NCBI GenBank assembly: GCA_963702845.1
Contig: OY969763.1
Coordinates: 1,472,001 to 1,536,000 of the forward strand
DNA length: 64,000 nt
Direction of reading: 5' to 3'
Source: an uncultured Verrucomicrobiae bacterium
GTDB taxonomy: Bacteria; Verrucomicrobiota; Verrucomicrobiia; Limisphaerales; Palsa-1400
Shown: in pieces, positions 60,115 through 64,000 of the stretch
How the letters are laid out: every line of letters begins with the position of its first letter
Numbering within the stretch: the first letter of the stretch is position 1
Program-made: the position numbers and the translations under genes
Notes under the pieces: model-generated
Seen by the model: only the letters and a program-made list of their open reading frames with translations
The model's database searches: none
Told to the model about the DNA's origin: nothing

Positions 60115-61659
60115 ATGCTCAAATACTCGTTGGCGATCGTTCTGCTCTTGTGCGCTCTCCCTCCCTCACATGCCGAACCCGTCAAACCGCTCACGAAACT
60201 CAAGCCCGAAGAGCGTTCCTACCGGCTCGCCGGCGATGCCCGCAACGTCCAACTCTATCGCGATGGCCTCCGGGCCGTGCTGCAATACATGGACTCTCGC
60301 GATGATCTCTTCCCGCGTGTGCCTGTCCAAAAATCTCGCCTGCTGCTCCGTGAAGAAAAAGAGGCGGTGTGGAATACCTGGGAGCGATTTTTGGATTATC
60401 TGATGGCGTTGGAATCACTCGAACAATACCACTCGCAATTCGCGCGGTTAAAAGGGACGGAAAAGGAGGATTCGTTCCTGATCGACTACACGGCCCTGCT
60501 CGCCCGCTACCGCGCGGCGCTCGAGTTTATCGAACGTGCCGACAAGAATCCGGAACTGCACAAAGTTCTCAACGATCCTGTGCCGGAACTCGGTCTGTCC
60601 GGAGGGACGTATGCCGGCCTCAAATTCAAACACTTGAACATCGCAATCGCCACTCAGTTCGCCGCCCGCGAGGTCTTGATGAAGACCTTCACCGGGGAAC
60701 GCCAACCGGCTTTGCGCAAGGCGATCGCCGCCGATTCCGCTTACATCTGGCGCGCGGGCACGCCCAAAGGCGAAATCCTCACCGCGAAAAACGCCCTCAA
60801 GATGATCCAGGACGGCACCCAGACCGCCTGGCTCCCGATCCAGACCGGCGTCTCCGAATGGATGGGTCATACCAAAGTCTATCGGCCCAAGGAATGTCTC
60901 ATCACTCCGGCGCAAATCCGCGGACTTCAATCACAGCTCCAACCGGGTGACGTCCTCCTGGAACGACGCGAATGGTATCTTTCGAATATTGGCCTGCCGG
61001 GATTCTGGTCGCATGCGGCGCTTTACATCGGCACTCCGAAGGAACGGCACACATACTTTGGAGACGACCAAACCAGCACGTGGGTCAAACAGCGCGGCGA
61101 GGCGAGTGGCCAGCTTGAGCAGTTGCTTCTTTCGACCTGCACTTCCGATGGCCGATGCCAACTCACTAACCAAACCTCCTCCTCGTCCGAACCGATACGC
61201 ATCCTTGAAGCCATCGGCGAAGGGGTCTCATTCAAGTCACTCGAACATTCCGCCGCCTGCGATTCGCTCGTGGTTCTCCGCCCGCGCCTGCCTAAAACAG
61301 AGAAAGCGCTGGCGCTGTTTCGCGCTTTCCACTACGCCGGACGGCCGTACGACTTCGATTTCGACTTTTCAACCGACGCGAAATTGGTCTGCACCGAACT
61401 GGTCTACAAATCCTACGAACCATCGACGGGCTGCACCGGCCTCAAATTCCCGCTGGTCGAAATGCTCGGTCGGCAGGTCACTCCCGCCAACGAACTGGCA
61501 AAGCAGTTCGACGCTCAATTTGGAACCGTGGACCAGCAGTTTGATGTCGTGGCTTTTCTGGATGGGAACGAAAAGCAGAAAAAAGCGGTTTCGGCGTCGG
61601 TGGACGAATTTCGACAGACCTGGAAACGGCCCAAATGGCACGTTTTTGTGCAGAAATAG
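60115..61659 (+). CDS. Secreted YiiX/YebB-like permuted papain-like (NlpC/P60) amidase with long helical N-terminal domain
   Basis: LQPGDVLL, PGFWSHAALYIG, EAIGEGV, GRPYDFDF, LVCTELVY (His before Cys, permuted order). Confidence 0.88.
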   Translation: MLKYSLAIVLLLCALPPSHAEPVKPLTKLKPEERSYRLAGDARNVQLYRDGLRAVLQYMDSRDDLFPRVPVQKSRLLLREEKEAVWNTWERFLDYLMALESLEQYHSQFARLKGTEKEDSFLIDYTALLARYRAALEFIERADKNPELHKVLNDPVPELGLSGGTYAGLKFKHLNIAIATQFAAREVLMKTFTGERQPALRKAIAADSAYIWRAGTPKGEILTAKNALKMIQDGTQTAWLPIQTGVSEWMGHTKVYRPKECLITPAQIRGLQSQLQPGDVLLERREWYLSNIGLPGFWSHAALYIGTPKERHTYFGDDQTSTWVKQRGEASGQLEQLLLSTCTSDGRCQLTNQTSSSSEPIRILEAIGEGVSFKSLEHSAACDSLVVLRPRLPKTEKALALFRAFHYAGRPYDFDFDFSTDAKLVCTELVYKSYEPSTGCTGLKFPLVEMLGRQVTPANELAKQFDAQFGTVDQQFDVVAFLDGNEKQKKAVSASVDEFRQTWKRPKWHVFVQK

Positions 61660-61940
61660 CCCACGTTTTTTGGTCGCACCGGATATGCGAGACGTTGCCG
61701 GAGCGCGCGCTTGCTTTGGGCGATTTTCGTCAGACCAAACGTCATTCGTTGTAATGATTGCTGCGATGGTATTCTTGATGTTCACAGTCCCGGGCAGTTT
61801 AAATATTGCAGTCATAGCAAACAGTGAGGATCGAACTCGCTCAAATAAATATCACAATATCATTAACTGACCCTGGTTTGACCGCTCCTCTTGCACTTTT
61901 CGTGCGTATAAGTCGGTGCGTATTCTCGTTTGTGAACCAA

Positions 61941-64000
61941 TCAAGGCTGTTCAATGGCGCGGTAATATCTTTGTGATAATCCAGTCGGAGGCATATCCGT
62001 AAAATCAATTGGGCCAATTGTAGGCGGATTAGTAAAAACGGGTTCCCATTTCACCAGATCTGAGGAAGCGAGGATCGTCACCGGATTGACGCCGGAGGAA
62101 CCGGTCAAATGCATTTGGACAGAGCCATTCGTTGTCAGGAAATTGTAAGTGGGGATATTAAAAATCAGCGCAGGAACGTTGAGGCTCATTAACGGACTGC
62201 TCAAGGAACCCACAGCGTTGCTGACTATCACGCGATAGATTCCGGAATTGGTCCAGCCAACGTTTGCCAACACCAGTGCTGAATTTGTCGCTCCCGGGAT
62301 ATTTGTTCCATTGAATTGCCATTGGTAAGTTGCCAGCCTCAAATTCAGAGCCCCGGGCGTGAACACGACGGTTTCACCAGCGGCAGCCGTTCTCCTGAAT
62401 GGTTTCCCAATCATCGCGATGTTGTGCGCGCTGCCGGCAAAGATCGATTCGATATTGGTTGTAGAAGGCGGAACCGAGCATTGATTAAAATTTGTATTTC
62501 CCCACGCAATCACAGAGCCATCGTCCCGCAAAGCCAAAAAGTGACCGTCACCTCCTGCAATGGAAACGATGTTCGTGGCAGCGGTGGGAACATTCGTCAA
62601 GCCATCGTAATTCAGCCCCCACGCAATCACAGAGCCATCATCCCGCAAAGCCAGACTGGCATATTGTGCAGTGCAAATAGCGATGAAGTTTGTCTCGGAT
62701 GGCGGAACCAGCGCCGGTGTGCCCCATTGCACCAAACTGCCATTGGCCTTCAAAGCCAATGAATTATCTCCTCTGGTTGATAATAACATGACGCTGTTGG
62801 CGAAGGCAGACACAGTGGTTCCCACACCCCACTGGACAATTTGGCCATTCGACAGAAGTGCCTGGCTAAAGTGAGAACCGGCTGCGACCGCGACGGCGGT
62901 TGAAATTGCTGGCACATTGGTTTGTCCGGATGAGTTGTCGCCCCAGGCCACGACGGTTCCATTTGTTTTTAACGCCAGACTGTGTGTTTCGCCTTCCGCA
63001 ACAGCAAAAACAGTTGCCCCCATCAACGGCACCGTATTTTGATTAAAAGTGTTATCACCCCAGGCGACCACGGTGCCATCGTTACGCAGGGCCAGGCTGT
63101 GATCCCCGCCACAGGCAATGGAAACTGCATTCGTTGCATCGGCCGGAATCGAAAGTTGCCCCGATGAATTGTCACCCCATGTGACCATCCGGCTGATGAC
63201 CAAATCAGCCACAAGTCCAGTGAATGATCCGTAAGAATTGCTCACTGCCAGATTTAAAATACCGGAGTCTTCGTAAGCCGTCGGATCAAAACAGACTGTT
63301 GATGAAGTCGCTCCGCTGATTCGGCTTCCGTCCGCCAAATCATTTCCATTCAATTGCGACTGAAAATTTAAAGGTCCGTCGCCTGCGACAGTCACCGGCA
63401 AGCAAAGGGGTGTTCCGACAACGGCGTTACGTTGTGTCGGCATCGGCATTAAAAAATAAGGTGAAGCCAACACGGTCAAATTGATAGCGGCGCCTGTCGC
63501 TGTTCCCGCAACATTGCTCACAACCAACGTGTAAGCGCCTGCATTTGTCATCTGCACATTTGCGAGCCTTAGCCATCGACCGGTCGCGCCGGAAATAAGG
63601 GAACCCTCCTGATACCACTGGAACTGTAACGGATATGTTCCACCCAAAACTGGCGTCAATAATGTCTCGCTGCCGACATGAACTGTTACGGTTTGATTCT
63701 GCACACGGATATACGGCGCGCCGGATCTCACCATCGCCAAATCATGACCTTCACCGCTGGAAATACTTGCGACATTACCGAGTCCAATCGGAACATTGGT
63801 AGCATTAATAAATCCGGCGTGGACATTTGTGATGCCGGCGTAATTCATGCCCCACGCGACGACGTGCCCATCAGACAACTGCGCCATGCTGTGTCCCCAT
63901 CCCGCTGAAATGGCAACCGCATTGGTTACGGAACCGGGCACAGTGCATTGTCCGTAGGTATTATCACCCCACGCCACAACGCTGCCGTCAGATCTCAATG
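61941..64000 (-). CDS. RCC1-repeat + Ig-domain secreted protein (5'-truncated by window edge)
   Basis: Repeats A(I/V)A.G..HSLAL..DG.V.AWG.N..GQ..VP; Ig units; C-terminal SSDLVKW...RYYRA. Confidence 0.9.
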   Translation of the reverse strand, partial: LRSDGSVVAWGDNTYGQCTVPGSVTNAVAISAGWGHSMAQLSDGHVVAWGMNYAGITNVHAGFINATNVPIGLGNVASISSGEGHDLAMVRSGAPYIRVQNQTVTVHVGSETLLTPVLGGTYPLQFQWYQEGSLISGATGRWLRLANVQMTNAGAYTLVVSNVAGTATGAAINLTVLASPYFLMPMPTQRNAVVGTPLCLPVTVAGDGPLNFQSQLNGNDLADGSRISGATSSTVCFDPTAYEDSGILNLAVSNSYGSFTGLVADLVISRMVTWGDNSSGQLSIPADATNAVSIACGGDHSLALRNDGTVVAWGDNTFNQNTVPLMGATVFAVAEGETHSLALKTNGTVVAWGDNSSGQTNVPAISTAVAVAAGSHFSQALLSNGQIVQWGVGTTVSAFANSVMLLSTRGDNSLALKANGSLVQWGTPALVPPSETNFIAICTAQYASLALRDDGSVIAWGLNYDGLTNVPTAATNIVSIAGGDGHFLALRDDGSVIAWGNTNFNQCSVPPSTTNIESIFAGSAHNIAMIGKPFRRTAAAGETVVFTPGALNLRLATYQWQFNGTNIPGATNSALVLANVGWTNSGIYRVIVSNAVGSLSSPLMSLNVPALIFNIPTYNFLTTNGSVQMHLTGSSGVNPVTILASSDLVKWEPVFTNPPTIGPIDFTDMPPTGLSQRYYRAIEQP

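Noticed and set aside
60947..61870. 307 aa alternative-frame ORF and opposite ORF 61369-61815
   Set aside because: They overlap the amidase gene and have low-complexity Arg/Ser/Pro composition typical of GC-rich shadow frames.
62501..62653. Diversity-generating retroelement template/variable repeat pair
   Set aside because: Both copies are in-frame in one gene with a single mismatch, and there is no reverse transcriptase in the window.

Overview
Gene-dense 64 kb chromosomal window (G+C in the mid-to-high 50s % by eye) that most likely comes from a Verrucomicrobiota subdivision 3 (Pedosphaera/Limisphaerales-like) bacterium. The taxonomy is inferred from H-X9-DG prepilin-like genes, a TIGR02597-like domain, a membrane-anchored ECF sigma, Thr-Asn-rich Ig/Calx-beta surface proteins and GTAG-type intergenic repeats. 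The left ~38 kb is mostly housekeeping and accessory genes: kdpB(partial)CDE, an AEC transporter, cupin, cobA-hemD, SMP-30 lactonase, a secreted DA1-like Zn-peptidase, PfpI, a large Ig-repeat protein, DUF892, an ECF sigma/HEAT/prepilin module, sugar-modifying enzymes, ogg, a UreF-like orphan, an SSS symporter, ruvC, D-aminoacylase, a beta-barrel/cupredoxin/hybrid kinase operon and usp-mntH/mntR. The right ~26 kb is a cluster of very large secreted modular proteins plus an S1/P1 nuclease and a permuted papain-like amidase. I found no rRNA, tRNA, CRISPR array, integrase or transposase. The most interesting signals are: (i) a structured ~160 bp direct repeat flanking a 10 kb surface-protein block; (ii) an identical bipartite motif (TGTCGGA-N11-GCGGGTGCTAT) before the ECF sigma and the neighbouring prepilin-like gene; (iii) a ~70 aa module shared by five unrelated secreted proteins, a candidate sorting/anchoring domain; (iv) the barrel/blue-copper/kinase operon. 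Four single-base frameshifts and one in-frame stop may be consensus errors rather than biology. All domain calls come from motif recognition, not database searches.
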